A DNA stretch of 64,000 nt. Source: Alphaproteobacteria bacterium. GTDB taxonomy: Bacteria; Pseudomonadota; Alphaproteobacteria; UBA6615. The stretch covers positions 74,914-138,913 of the forward strand of contig JBDXCV010000001.1 of the NCBI GenBank assembly GCA_039980135.1, given 5' to 3'. Below are positions 39,854 to 49,787 of this stretch, piece by piece. The notes beneath the pieces were generated by a model. The model made no database searches. It had not been told where the DNA came from and saw nothing but the letters and a program-made list of their open reading frames with translations. How positions within the stretch are numbered: the stretch's first letter is position 1; each line of letters opens with the position of its first letter. Made by a program: the position numbers and the translations under genes.

Positions 39854-41599
39854 CTATGACGGGATGGTTGGCGGCACCGGCGGCGCGGGTGTCGGCAGGG
39901 CGTCTGCTACGGCGAGTCTGCCCTCGCGTGTGCCGGGGCGCGACTGGCGCAATGCCCGGCTCAGGATGATGACGGGCAGAATCCCGGCAAGCACAATCGT
40001 CAGCGCCGACAGGGCGCTCTGTTCCAGAAGTTCGTCCGATGCGAACTGATAGACATGGGTCGCCAGCGTGTCGAAGTTGAACGGTCTCAGGATGAGGGTC
40101 GCGGGCAACTCTTTCATGGAATCGACGAAAACGATGGTGCCGGCGGCGATCAGGCTGCCGCGCACGAGGGGCAGGTGGATGCGCCACAGGGTGCGCCCCG
40201 GCCCGGCCCCGAGGCTGCGGGCGGCCATGTCCATGGTGGGGCGAATCTTGCCGAGGCTGGCTTCGACGGCGCCGAATCCCACCGCGAGAAACCTCACCAC
40301 GTAGGCGAATACCAGGGCGAAGATCGTGCCGCTCAGGATCAGCCCGGTCGACACGCCGAACATGTCGCGTGCGATGGCGTCGATCGCGTTGTCGAGGCGT
40401 GCGAAGGGGATCAGTACGCCCACGGCGAGCACGGCGCCCGGCACCGCATAGCCGAGCAGGGCGATGCGTGACAGGACGCCGAATCCGCGCCCCGAGAGGC
40501 GCCTGCCATAGGCCAGGAATACCGCGATGGAGACGGCGAAGAGCGCGGCCGTCGCGGACAGGGTCAGGCTGTTGCGCGCGAACGCGAAGAAGGCCTGATT
40601 CCAGGATTCGTCGAAGAATATGATGGCGTGGCGCAGCAGGACACCGGCGGGGATCAGGAAGCCGAGGACGATCGGCACGGCGCAGACGAGGAATGCGGCC
40701 ACCATGCGGGCGCCATGCAGGCGCACGCGCGGCGATGTCTGGTAGCGTGAGGATGTGTGGTGATATTGGCGGCCATGTCGCCCGATGCGCTCCAGCGTGA
40801 TCAACAGGACCACGAATCCGAGCATCACCAGCGCGATCTGTGCCGCGCCGCCCGCATTGCCCATGCCGAGCCAGACATTGAACACGGCGACGGTCAGCGT
40901 GTTGACGGCGAAATAGTCAACGGTGCCGAAATCCGCCAGCGTTTCCATCATGGCCAGTGCGATCCCGACGACGATGGCGGGGCGGGCCAGCGGAAGGGCG
41001 ACTGTGAGGAAGGTCTGCCAGGGCCCGCGGCCGAGCGTGCGGCTTACTTCGAGGACGCTCGAGGATTGCTCGTGAAAGGCCGCGCGGGCGAGCAGATAAA
41101 CATACGGATAAAGGACGAAGGACATGACGAAGATCGCGCCGCCCATGGAGCGGATTTCCGGAAACCAGTAGTCGCGCGAGGTCTGCCATCCGAACAGATC
41201 GCGCAACAGTCCCTGTACCGGCCCGGCGAATTCGAGGATGTCCGTGTACACGAAGGCCACGATATAGGCCGGCACCGCGAGCGGCAGGAGCATGGCCCAC
41301 TCGAACAGCCGGCGACCGGGAAAATCACAGGTGCTGACCAGCCACGCCGATGCGGTGCCGATGAGAAACACGCCGATGCCGTTCCCGAACATCAAAACGA
41401 GCGTGTTCCAGCTGTGCCGGGGCAGGACCGTCGACACGAGATGGGGCCAGATATTCTCGGTCGGGAACAGGGCGATCCAGGCAATCGCAATGAGCGGGGC
41501 GGCCACGATGAGTGCGACCAGCAGGCCACCCAGAATCCACACGCGCCCCTGGGTGGGGCGCGTGTTTGACGACAGGGAGGAGAGGGTCGTCACGGACAT
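39854..41599 (-). CDS. iron(III)/thiamine-type ABC transporter permease, fused two-domain (FbpB/AfuB-like)
   Basis: 581 aa with two repeats of 6 TM, each carrying an EAA-like loop (ALGAGPWQTFL..., SLGAGPGRTLWRIHLPL). Confidence 0.8.
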   Translation of the reverse strand: MSVTTLSSLSSNTRPTQGRVWILGGLLVALIVAAPLIAIAWIALFPTENIWPHLVSTVLPRHSWNTLVLMFGNGIGVFLIGTASAWLVSTCDFPGRRLFEWAMLLPLAVPAYIVAFVYTDILEFAGPVQGLLRDLFGWQTSRDYWFPEIRSMGGAIFVMSFVLYPYVYLLARAAFHEQSSSVLEVSRTLGRGPWQTFLTVALPLARPAIVVGIALAMMETLADFGTVDYFAVNTLTVAVFNVWLGMGNAGGAAQIALVMLGFVVLLITLERIGRHGRQYHHTSSRYQTSPRVRLHGARMVAAFLVCAVPIVLGFLIPAGVLLRHAIIFFDESWNQAFFAFARNSLTLSATAALFAVSIAVFLAYGRRLSGRGFGVLSRIALLGYAVPGAVLAVGVLIPFARLDNAIDAIARDMFGVSTGLILSGTIFALVFAYVVRFLAVGFGAVEASLGKIRPTMDMAARSLGAGPGRTLWRIHLPLVRGSLIAAGTIVFVDSMKELPATLILRPFNFDTLATHVYQFASDELLEQSALSALTIVLAGILPVIILSRALRQSRPGTREGRLAVADALPTPAPPVPPTIPS

Positions 41600-41625
41600 G
41601 GGTGCATTCCGGCTCGCGGCTGCGG

Positions 41626-42669
41626 CTAGTCGTTGTAGCCGACCTTGTCGACCAGCTTGAACGCATCGGCCCGGAGCGCGGCGATACGGTCGAGCGCCAG
41701 TGTGTCGGGATGCAGGTCACCCATTGAGCGCAGCAAACCGGCCTGTGGGACACCCGCCACGATCGGGTATTCGAAGTTCTGCTCCGAATACATCTGCTGG
41801 GCCAGATCGCCGGTCAGAAACTCCATGAGTTTTACGGCATTGTCCCGGTTCGGGGATGCCTTGGTCATCGCCATGCCCGAAATGTTCACATGGGTGCCCT
41901 TGCCGCCGATGGCCGGGAAGACCGGATAAACCGACTGGGCCCAGCCGAACTGCTCTTCATTCTGCAGCATCAGACCGAAGTAGTAGTTGTTGCCCAGTGA
42001 GATATCGCACTCGCCCTCGTTGATTGCCTTGACCTGCGCGCGATCGTTGCCCTGGGGCTTGCGGGCCAGGTTCGACTTGAGGCCCCGGAGCCATGCCTCG
42101 GCCTTCTCTTCGCCGTGATGCGCGATCATCGCGGCTGTCAGCGCGACCTGATAGACATGGTTGCCCGAGCGGGTGCAGATACGCCCGGCCCACTTCGGAT
42201 CGGCGAGCTCCTCATAGGATTTGGGGGCTTCGTTCTGTGGCACCCTGTCCTTGGAGGCATAAACGATACGCGCGCGCTGGGTGAGCCCATACCAGTGACC
42301 TTCACCCTGACGGAATGCGGCGGGGATGCTCGTGGTCAGCTGCGCGGTCTCGACCGGTGCGGTGACGCCGGCTTCGTAAGCGTCGTTCAGGCGTCCGATA
42401 TCGACCGTAAAGATCAGATCGGCAGGGGAGTTGCGGCCTTCCTGCTTCAGACGTTCGACGAGGCCCTTGTTGGCGAAGACCACGTTGACCTTCACGCCGG
42501 TGTCGCGGGTGAAGGCGTCGAACATGGGCTGGATCAGAAAAGGCTGACGGTAGGAATAAACGTTGACCTCGCCGGGATCCACGGCAGCCTGCTCATCAGC
42601 GGTAGCGCCCGGGCCGATCAGGAGAGCCGCGAGGCCGGCAGCGGCGAGGGCGTAAGTACTTTTGCGCAT
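41626..42669 (-). CDS. Fe(3+) ABC transporter periplasmic substrate-binding protein (FbpA/AfuA-like)
   Basis: Signal peptide MRKSTYALAAAGLAALLIGPGATA. 347 aa type II SBP with Tyr-rich iron-binding region. Confidence 0.75.
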   Translation of the reverse strand: MRKSTYALAAAGLAALLIGPGATADEQAAVDPGEVNVYSYRQPFLIQPMFDAFTRDTGVKVNVVFANKGLVERLKQEGRNSPADLIFTVDIGRLNDAYEAGVTAPVETAQLTTSIPAAFRQGEGHWYGLTQRARIVYASKDRVPQNEAPKSYEELADPKWAGRICTRSGNHVYQVALTAAMIAHHGEEKAEAWLRGLKSNLARKPQGNDRAQVKAINEGECDISLGNNYYFGLMLQNEEQFGWAQSVYPVFPAIGGKGTHVNISGMAMTKASPNRDNAVKLMEFLTGDLAQQMYSEQNFEYPIVAGVPQAGLLRSMGDLHPDTLALDRIAALRADAFKLVDKVGYND

Positions 42670-42695
42670 TTTTTACTCCGAAGATTCTGTTTGCG

Positions 42696-42714
42696 AATGA
42701 GAATGGTTCTCAAA
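42696..42714. promoter_or_regulatory. palindrome aatGAGAATGGTTCTCaaa (Irr/ICE-box-like iron-responsive operator candidate) about 30 bp upstream of the Fe(III)-SBP start
   Basis: Perfect 5-bp arms GAGAA/TTCTC with a 3-nt spacer and A/T flanks, which resembles the alphaproteobacterial ICE motif TTTAGAA-N3-TTCTAAA. A second palindrome TGCAA-N11-TTGCA is at 42747..42767. Confidence 0.45.
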
Positions 42715-42845
42715 GGAGGCGAAACATATTCGCCCGTGATTCTAATTGCAAGTCATTCTCAATTGCAGGGGAGCAAGCGCATTGATCTGCGTCAAAACAG
42801 GCTGATAGCGATCAGATAATTTCGGAACAACGGCCAGAAACTGGC

Positions 42846-43922
42846 CTACGCTGCGTGGAATCGTTCTTCGGCCATCTGATCCGCGACAAAGTTTGTCGCC
42901 GCACCCTCTGTATCCGCGCGTTCGAATATCTCAATCAACGTGTCGTGGATTCGGTCGAGATGTTCATAGATCGTGGAGTCGTCGTGGGCGCCGCCGAAGT
43001 CGGTCCCGTGGGCGATCTCGATAATGCCGCCGGCGTTGATCACATAGTCGGGCGCGTACAGAATGCCGCGCGCGGCCAGTTCGGCACCGTGCCTCTCTTC
43101 GGCGAGCTGGTTGTTGGCCGAGCCCGCGACGATCTTTGCGCCCAGTTCTCCCACGGATTTATCGTTGATCACGGCGCCCAGAGCGCAGGGTGCGAACACG
43201 TCGGCGTCGGCGCGATGCACGTCGTGGGTATCGACGGGCATCGCGCCGTATTCGTCAACCGCACGCGCAACGACGTCGTTGTTGATGTCCGCGACCTGCA
43301 AACATGCGCCGGCTTCATGCAGGCGCCGCGCCAGGTCGAAGCCGACCGAGCCGAGGCCCTGGATCGCGACCTGCACATCGGCGAGCCCGTCATTGCGCCC
43401 GAGCTTGTGGGCGACAGCGGCGCGAATGCCCTGGAAGACGCCGTAGCCGGTATACGGAGAGGGGTTGCCGCTGGTCGCGCTTGTTCCGGTGACGTGCTTC
43501 GTCACTTTTGACATCTCGTCCATATCCGCGACCGTCATGCCGATGTCTTCGGCGGCGATGTAGCGACCCGCGACGCTGTCGACGATCCGTCCCATGGCGC
43601 GCATCAGGGCCGGGGTCTTGTCGGTCCGTGCGTCGCCGATGATGACCGACTTGCCACCCCCGAAAGGGAGACCCGCCAGGGCCGATTTATAGGTCATGCC
43701 ACGCGACAGCCGCAGCGCATCTTCGAGTGCGGCCGCCTCGTCGGCATAGGGCCACATGCGGCAACCGCCGACGGCCGGCCCGAGATTGGTGTTGTGGATC
43801 GCGATGATCGCGCGCAGTCCGGTCTCCCGGTCGAATCCGAACAGGACATTTTCATGCCCGTCAAAGGCAGGTGCGGCATACACGGACATGCGGTCCTCCA
43901 GAGCGGCGGGATGACTTAACAT
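42846..43922 (-). CDS. leucine dehydrogenase (Glu/Leu/Phe/Val dehydrogenase family)
   Basis: [10 protein letters not shown] substrate-lysine motif and GLGSVG NAD Rossmann motif. 358 aa, the size of Leu/Val dehydrogenases. Confidence 0.8.
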   Translation of the reverse strand: MLSHPAALEDRMSVYAAPAFDGHENVLFGFDRETGLRAIIAIHNTNLGPAVGGCRMWPYADEAAALEDALRLSRGMTYKSALAGLPFGGGKSVIIGDARTDKTPALMRAMGRIVDSVAGRYIAAEDIGMTVADMDEMSKVTKHVTGTSATSGNPSPYTGYGVFQGIRAAVAHKLGRNDGLADVQVAIQGLGSVGFDLARRLHEAGACLQVADINNDVVARAVDEYGAMPVDTHDVHRADADVFAPCALGAVINDKSVGELGAKIVAGSANNQLAEERHGAELAARGILYAPDYVINAGGIIEIAHGTDFGGAHDDSTIYEHLDRIHDTLIEIFERADTEGAATNFVADQMAEERFHAA

Positions 43923-44139
43923 CCATTAACCAACTTCTAGGATTTTGCATCTGCGGTGTTAAACATCAATGAACATCAAGGGCTTGTATCCTGTTTGAAA
44001 GATACCGGACCGCAGCAGGGTTAATGTGAGGTGGAATAGGACGCCTTGCCCGAGCGCACTATAATAATATTTCAATGCAAGCCGGATCGATTCGACCCGG
44101 CATCATCAGGATCAATCGACGGGAGCGAAGGCGACGCAA

Positions 44140-44376
44140 ATGCCCGAGTCCAAGCAGCGTGCGAAGGTCGAACCGGAAAAATGGGAACAGCCCAGTGGCG
44201 AGGCCATGAGCTGTGAAGAGTCGATTCTCGTTCTGCGCGAGAATCTCGTCGAAATCCAGGACGTCTGCCAGGAAGCACTCGAAGACGCCGTCCTGATGGA
44301 TGTCTCGGAAGCGCAGTTCCGCAAGGTCTTGCACGCGCTCGTCGATGAACTGGCGAACCCCTACAAAAAGGGATAG
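44140..44376 (+). CDS. small acidic hypothetical protein (78 aa)
   Basis: ORF preceded by a relatively AT-rich 215-bp region containing TATAAT. No motifs recognised. Confidence 0.3.
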   Translation: MPESKQRAKVEPEKWEQPSGEAMSCEESILVLRENLVEIQDVCQEALEDAVLMDVSEAQFRKVLHALVDELANPYKKG

Positions 44377-44392
44377 GGCAAACAGGCTTCCC

Positions 44393-45592
44393 CTAGCCCA
44401 GGTCTCCGGCGTGCGCGGCCGCGAAGAGTTCGCGAAACCCGGTGGCGTCGAGCGCGACGGGATTGGCCAGCGCGGTTGGGTCCGCTGCCGCCATTTCCGC
44501 GAGCTCGTCATAGCGTGACTGATCGATGCCGAGATCGGACAGTGTATGGGGTATCTCGAACTGCGTGCGTAGTTCCAGCGTCCAGTCGAAGAAAGCATCG
44601 AACCCGGCGGTGGCATTGTCTGCATGTTGCGTCAGGCCGAGATAGGCGGATACCCGGGCGAGCCGGGTTTCGATCGCCGCCCGGTTCCGTTTGAGCACGT
44701 AGGGCATTACCACCGCGTTGGTGAGACCGTGATGGGTGTCATACAGCGCCCCGATGGGGTGACTCATCGCATGGATGGCCCCGAGGCCCTTCTGGAAGGC
44801 GGTTGATCCCATGGCGGCGGCGGCGAGCATGTTGGACCGCGCCGCGAGGTTCGCACCATTCGTGACGGCGGTTTTCAGGTGTTCGTGAACCAGGCGCATC
44901 CCCTCGAGCGCGACCCCGTCACATAGCGGGTTGTCGAAGGGCGAACAGTAGGCTTCCAGACAATGGGCGAGGGCATCCATGCCGGTGGCCGCCGTGATGT
45001 GGGGTGGCAGACCAAGGGTCAATTCCGGGTCGGCGATCACAATGCCGGGCATCATGCCGGGATGGGTGATGATCACCTTGCGGTTGGTCGCCTCGTTCAG
45101 CACGACCGTCGAGCGGCCCGTCTCCGACCCGGTGCCGGCGGTCGTGGGAACAGCGACAACGGGCAACGGCGCTGCCGCTCGAAGCCAATCGTTGCGGCCT
45201 TCCTCGAAGTCCCAGAGGTCGAGGCCGTCATCGGGTTGAGCGGCGGCGAGGGCAATCGTCTTGCCTGCATCGAGAGACGAGCCGCCACCGAATGCGATCA
45301 CCCCGTCGCAGCCGGCGGCGCGCATGGCCTCGATGCCGGAACGGATATTGGCACTCACCGGGTTGGGCTTGATGTTCGAAAACAATGTCGGCGTCGCACC
45401 GTCGGTCGCCGCCTGCGCCAGAGCCGACGACACCATGTCGAGGCCGGCCAGTCCCGGGTCGGTCACGAACAGGGGTCGGGCTATACCCAGTGTCTTGCAG
45501 GCGCGCGCCAGCATCGAGACCTTGCCCGCGCCGAACCAGATCGTGGTCGGGAAACTCCAGGTGCCGCGCAGCACGGCCGGGTCGTTGGTCAT
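44393..45592 (-). CDS. iron-containing (group III) alcohol dehydrogenase
   Basis: GGGSSLDAGK NAD-binding motif and His-rich iron site. 399 aa. Start overlaps the upstream gene's stop. Confidence 0.85.
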   Translation of the reverse strand: MTNDPAVLRGTWSFPTTIWFGAGKVSMLARACKTLGIARPLFVTDPGLAGLDMVSSALAQAATDGATPTLFSNIKPNPVSANIRSGIEAMRAAGCDGVIAFGGGSSLDAGKTIALAAAQPDDGLDLWDFEEGRNDWLRAAAPLPVVAVPTTAGTGSETGRSTVVLNEATNRKVIITHPGMMPGIVIADPELTLGLPPHITAATGMDALAHCLEAYCSPFDNPLCDGVALEGMRLVHEHLKTAVTNGANLAARSNMLAAAAMGSTAFQKGLGAIHAMSHPIGALYDTHHGLTNAVVMPYVLKRNRAAIETRLARVSAYLGLTQHADNATAGFDAFFDWTLELRTQFEIPHTLSDLGIDQSRYDELAEMAAADPTALANPVALDATGFRELFAAAHAGDLG

Positions 45593-47925
45593 GTGTTGGC
45601 CTGGCCGGAAAGGGCGCGCCAGATTTTCTCGGGTGTCGCGGGCATGTCGAAATCGAGCGCGCAGCCGCGCGTGGCCAGCGCGTCGGCGATTGCATTCATC
45701 ACCGTGGGGAGGGCGCCGACAAGCCCGGCCTCGCCGATGCCCTTGACCCCGAGCGGGTTGGCCGGCGACGGGACGGGATGAAAGTCCGTGACCAGATTCG
45801 GAACATGCCGCGCACGTGGCAGAGGATAGTCCATCAGCGACCCGGTCAGCAGCTGGCCCGATTTGTCGTAGACGCTGTTTTCCAGCAGTGCCTGGCCGAT
45901 TCCCTGCACCACACCGCCATGCACCTGGCCGTGGACGATCATGGGGTTCACGACCGTGCCGACATCGTCGACCGCGACGTAGCTCTCAACCTCGATTTCG
46001 CCCGTACTCGGGTCGATCTCGACTTCGCAGATATGGCAGCCGTTCGGGAAATACTGGTCCTGCGCCCGAAATTCCTCCTCGCTGTCGAGGCTGTCGGGAA
46101 CGCCCTCGGGCAGGCTGTCCGGCGCGGCACGCAGCGTGCGCACGGTCTTGGCCAGCGCCAGCAATTCGATTTTCCTGTCAGTGCCCGTTACCCGGAACTC
46201 GCCATCCGCGAATTCGATATCCGCTGTGGCCGCCTCCAGAATATGCGCGGCGAGTTCGCGGCCTTTTTCGATCACGGCGTCGCAGGTGTTCGCGATGGCG
46301 GAGCCGGTCATGATCATGGAGCGCGATCCGATGGTCGCCAGGCCGATCGGCACATCGTCGCTGTCGCCCTGATGCAGGGTGATCGCATCGAATGGCAGGC
46401 CGAGGCGGTCGGCCACGACCTGCACGAAGCTGGTCTCATGTCCCTGGCCCTGGCTTTGGCTTGCGACCACAAGGTCGAGATTGTCCTCGCTGTTGAACCG
46501 GAGAATCGCGCCTTCGAACGGTACCGCGCCGACGCATTCCAGGCAGCTTGCCAGGCCGCGCCCGCGAACCTTGCCGGCGGCCTCGCTGGCCGCGCGGCGA
46601 GCCGGAAAACCGGCCCAGTCGGCCGCTATGAGCGCCTTGTCCAGGACGGCCTCGAACTCGCCGGAATCGTAGGTCCGGCCCGCCGGGGTCTCATAGGGCA
46701 TGGCCGTGGACGGAACATAGTTTATGCGCCGCAGTTCGAGCGCGTCGCGCCCGGTCTCGCGGGCGGCTTCGTCGATCAGCCGCTCGACGATCAGGGCCGC
46801 CTGCTCGCGGCCCGCGCCGCGGTACGGCCCGACCGACCCGGTGTGGGTGAACACAAGCCGCACCGTGATGTCCAGGACCGGTGTCCGGTACACAAGCGGC
46901 AGACCGTTCGTCATGTTGCGGACCGAAATGAAGGGGCCGTGGCCGGCGTAGTAGGCGCCCATTGCGTCGTCCACGGTGACCCGGATCGCCAGGAAGTTGC
47001 CGTCATCATCGAGCGCAAGCGCGGCGTCGATATCGGCGTCGCGTGCCTGGTTGTCCGACAGGAAATGCTCGGCGCGGCTGCCGGTCCATTTCACCGGGCG
47101 GCCGAGCACCTTGGCGGCGAACAGGATCGCGACGTCTTCCGGGTAGGGCTGTTCCTTGACGCCGAACCCGCCCCCCACATCATGGGTGCGGATGCGCAGC
47201 TTGTCGCCGGGGATACGGAGAATCTGCTCGCTCAGGACTTCATGCATGTAGTGCACGCCCTGGCTGGAACAGGTGAGGGTGTAGCGGTCGGCGGCGGCGT
47301 CATGCTCGGCGAGGCTCGTACGCACTTCCATAGGGTTCACGACGACCCGGTTGTTGCGCAGCTTCAGCCGTGTGACATGTGTCGCGTCGGCGAAGGCGCG
47401 GTCGGCTGCATCGCGGTCGCCATGGGTCCATTCCTGACAGACATTGCCGGGCGCGTCGGGCCACACGACGGGCGCGCCGGGGGTGCGCGCGTCGGTGATC
47501 TCGATGGCGGCGGGACGCTCTTCGACATCGACCGCGACGAGGTCGGCTGCGTCATCGGCCTGGGCGCGCGTTTCCGCGATCACCACGGCGACGGGTTCGC
47601 CGACATGGCGCACGACAGTATCGGCGAGACCCGGGCGCGGTGTGGGAGTGGTCACGAAACCGGGAAGCAGGGCACGCGGGAGTTGGCCATGCATGCCGGC
47701 CGCGACGAGGTCGGCGCCGGTAAAAATGCCGACAACGCCCGGTGCGTTGGCGGCGGCGGTGGTATCGATGCCGCGGATGCGGCCATGCGGTACCTGCGCA
47801 CGGACGAAGCTCGCATAGGCCTGTCCGGCATGATTGATATCGTCGGCAAACGTGCCGCGCCCGGTGAGGAACCGTGTGTCCTCGCGGCGTCGGACCGGCT
47901 GTGAGATTCCGAATTTTTCGACCAT
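45589..47925 (-). CDS. xanthine dehydrogenase/CO-dehydrogenase family molybdopterin-binding large subunit (CoxL/XdhB-like)
   Basis: N-terminus [19 protein letters not shown] and the Mo-cofactor binding regions. 778 aa. No small or medium subunit genes nearby. Confidence 0.85.
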   Translation of the reverse strand: MVEKFGISQPVRRREDTRFLTGRGTFADDINHAGQAYASFVRAQVPHGRIRGIDTTAAANAPGVVGIFTGADLVAAGMHGQLPRALLPGFVTTPTPRPGLADTVVRHVGEPVAVVIAETRAQADDAADLVAVDVEERPAAIEITDARTPGAPVVWPDAPGNVCQEWTHGDRDAADRAFADATHVTRLKLRNNRVVVNPMEVRTSLAEHDAAADRYTLTCSSQGVHYMHEVLSEQILRIPGDKLRIRTHDVGGGFGVKEQPYPEDVAILFAAKVLGRPVKWTGSRAEHFLSDNQARDADIDAALALDDDGNFLAIRVTVDDAMGAYYAGHGPFISVRNMTNGLPLVYRTPVLDITVRLVFTHTGSVGPYRGAGREQAALIVERLIDEAARETGRDALELRRINYVPSTAMPYETPAGRTYDSGEFEAVLDKALIAADWAGFPARRAASEAAGKVRGRGLASCLECVGAVPFEGAILRFNSEDNLDLVVASQSQGQGHETSFVQVVADRLGLPFDAITLHQGDSDDVPIGLATIGSRSMIMTGSAIANTCDAVIEKGRELAAHILEAATADIEFADGEFRVTGTDRKIELLALAKTVRTLRAAPDSLPEGVPDSLDSEEEFRAQDQYFPNGCHICEVEIDPSTGEIEVESYVAVDDVGTVVNPMIVHGQVHGGVVQGIGQALLENSVYDKSGQLLTGSLMDYPLPRARHVPNLVTDFHPVPSPANPLGVKGIGEAGLVGALPTVMNAIADALATRGCALDFDMPATPEKIWRALSGQANT

Positions 47926-47970
47926 CGTCTTCCCCCTTTTTTGGTGATGTTACACCAGTGCGGCGGATTG

Positions 47971-49362
47971 TCAGATCAGTTCGAAATACCGGTCCATTTC
48001 GGCCTTGCCGATCGTCGGTTCCATCGGAAGTTGGCGGGCCTCCCAGTCGCGTGACGCGGCGAAGTGATCGACGAAAACGTCGCCGAACCATTCCCGCGCC
48101 ATCTCCGAGTCCGCGAAGCGTTTGCCGGCATCCGCAAGGCTTGAAGGGAGGCGAAGACTCTCGGGATGCGTCCTGTCATAGGCGTTGCCGGTTTGCGGTT
48201 CGGTTGGCGCGATCCGCTGTTCAATGCCGTGCAGGCCGGACGCAATGGCCGCGGCCGCGACCAGGTAGGGGTTCGCGTCGGCCCCGGGAACCCGGTACTC
48301 GATGCGATGTGATTTCGGGGTGCCCGGCAGGGCCCGGATCGCACAGGTGCGGTTGTCGATACCCCAGGTGGCGTCGGTGGGTGCCCACATTCCGGGGATC
48401 AGGCGGCGATAGGAGTTCACCGTCGGCGCGACCATGGCCGTCAGCTCGGCCATACGGGCCTGCTGTCCGCCGATGAAGTGGCGCATGGTGTCGCTGATTG
48501 CGTTTTCAGCCGCGGGGTCGTGGAAGGGACTGGCATCCCTGTCTCCGGATGACAGAGACAGGTGCAGGTGGCCCGACTGCCCGGCCTCGTCCAGACTCCA
48601 TTTCGCCATGAAGGTGGCCACCAGTTCGCGGTTCTGTATGAGCGCCTTCGTGTAGGTTTTGAACAGGCTGGCCTTGTCGGCCGCCACCAGCGCGCCGTCG
48701 GCCTGGATGGCGGCCTCGATCACGCCGGCCCCCATTTCCTCGTGTATTCCTTCAAGTCCGATACCCATCGCCGCCATGCTTGAGAAAATGTCGGTGTAGA
48801 GCGGGCTCAGCGTGGATTGGCGAAGCAACGAGTAGCCCGTGTTGCCGGAGGCGACGGGTACCATGTCGCGATAGTCCTTGGCCGCCGCACTTGCCGGCGT
48901 TTCCGCGAAGACGAAGAATTCATACTCGAAGCCTGCGCTCACGCCGAAGCCCATACCGGCGGCTTTTTCGAGCACCCTGCCGAGCACCCCGCGCGGGCAG
49001 ATTTCTGACGCGGGGTCAGCGAACTCGCACAAGAACATCCAGCAGTCGTCTTCGAACGGAATCTGGCGACCGGTTTCGGGGATGATCCGCACCGGCGCGT
49101 CGGGGAACCCGGTGTGCCAGCCGGTGTAGTGGCTGTTGTCATAGAGTTGATCGTTGATGTCCCAGCCGAGGACCACGTCGCAAAAGCCGAAGCCTGAATC
49201 CAGTGCTGTGAGAAATTTCTCCCGGTGCATGTATTTGCCGCGCATCAGGCCATCGATATCGGTGAGGCCGACTTTCACGAAGGGATGGGCACTCTCGCGC
49301 ACCCGGTCGGCGGCGTCCTCGATACTGCTGATCGGCTTGTGGGCCGATGGTTCCTGGTTCAT
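47971..49362 (-). CDS. glutamine synthetase family protein (type I-like, gamma-glutamyl-amine ligase/PuuA-like)
   Basis: 463 aa with GS catalytic-domain motifs (NAYDRTHPESLRLP, ATP-binding region) and a beta-grasp N-domain. Confidence 0.75.
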   Translation of the reverse strand: MNQEPSAHKPISSIEDAADRVRESAHPFVKVGLTDIDGLMRGKYMHREKFLTALDSGFGFCDVVLGWDINDQLYDNSHYTGWHTGFPDAPVRIIPETGRQIPFEDDCWMFLCEFADPASEICPRGVLGRVLEKAAGMGFGVSAGFEYEFFVFAETPASAAAKDYRDMVPVASGNTGYSLLRQSTLSPLYTDIFSSMAAMGIGLEGIHEEMGAGVIEAAIQADGALVAADKASLFKTYTKALIQNRELVATFMAKWSLDEAGQSGHLHLSLSSGDRDASPFHDPAAENAISDTMRHFIGGQQARMAELTAMVAPTVNSYRRLIPGMWAPTDATWGIDNRTCAIRALPGTPKSHRIEYRVPGADANPYLVAAAAIASGLHGIEQRIAPTEPQTGNAYDRTHPESLRLPSSLADAGKRFADSEMAREWFGDVFVDHFAASRDWEARQLPMEPTIGKAEMDRYFELI

Positions 49363-49538
49363 TCAGACATCCTTTGGTGCGACGAAATCGAGGTGATCGC
49401 GGCGCGATACTACGTTTCTGCGGAAGAGCCGCCAACGCCTTCCGTGTTCGCCGCACCGCTCTCCGGGAGTTGAATTCCCCCTGGATGCGATTCTGTGTCA
49501 GATTGCATGAACCACGGCATTAAGGACGGAACCGAACC

Positions 49539-49766
49539 ATGAGTATGGAAGTCATTGTGATCCTGGCCCTGATCGCCATCTGCATTGTCCTCGGTACCTG
49601 GTCGGCGCTGGTCACCAAGGACAGCTGGGATACCAAGTCCGCCGAGGGCGAGGATGGATTCGACTATCACAAGGCCACACTGGGCATCCATCAGCCGCCA
49701 GGCGAGGAGGCGTGGGAAAAGGATCTCGACGCCCTGCGGATGGATCAAAAGCACCGGCTTTGCTGA
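49539..49766 (+). CDS. small membrane protein (75 aa, one N-terminal TM helix)
   Basis: AAGGACGGA RBS-like sequence precedes the ATG. Hydrophobic VIVILALIAICIVLGTWSALV. Confidence 0.35.
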   Translation: MSMEVIVILALIAICIVLGTWSALVTKDSWDTKSAEGEDGFDYHKATLGIHQPPGEEAWEKDLDALRMDQKHRLC

Positions 49767-49787
49767 GCAGGCGCTCCGGGTCCACGC

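Noticed and set aside
45385-47904. 839-aa plus-strand ORF
   Set aside because: Antisense to the CoxL-like Mo-hydroxylase gene. Composition (Arg/Gly/Ala/Asp runs) and lack of motifs indicate a GC-driven open frame.
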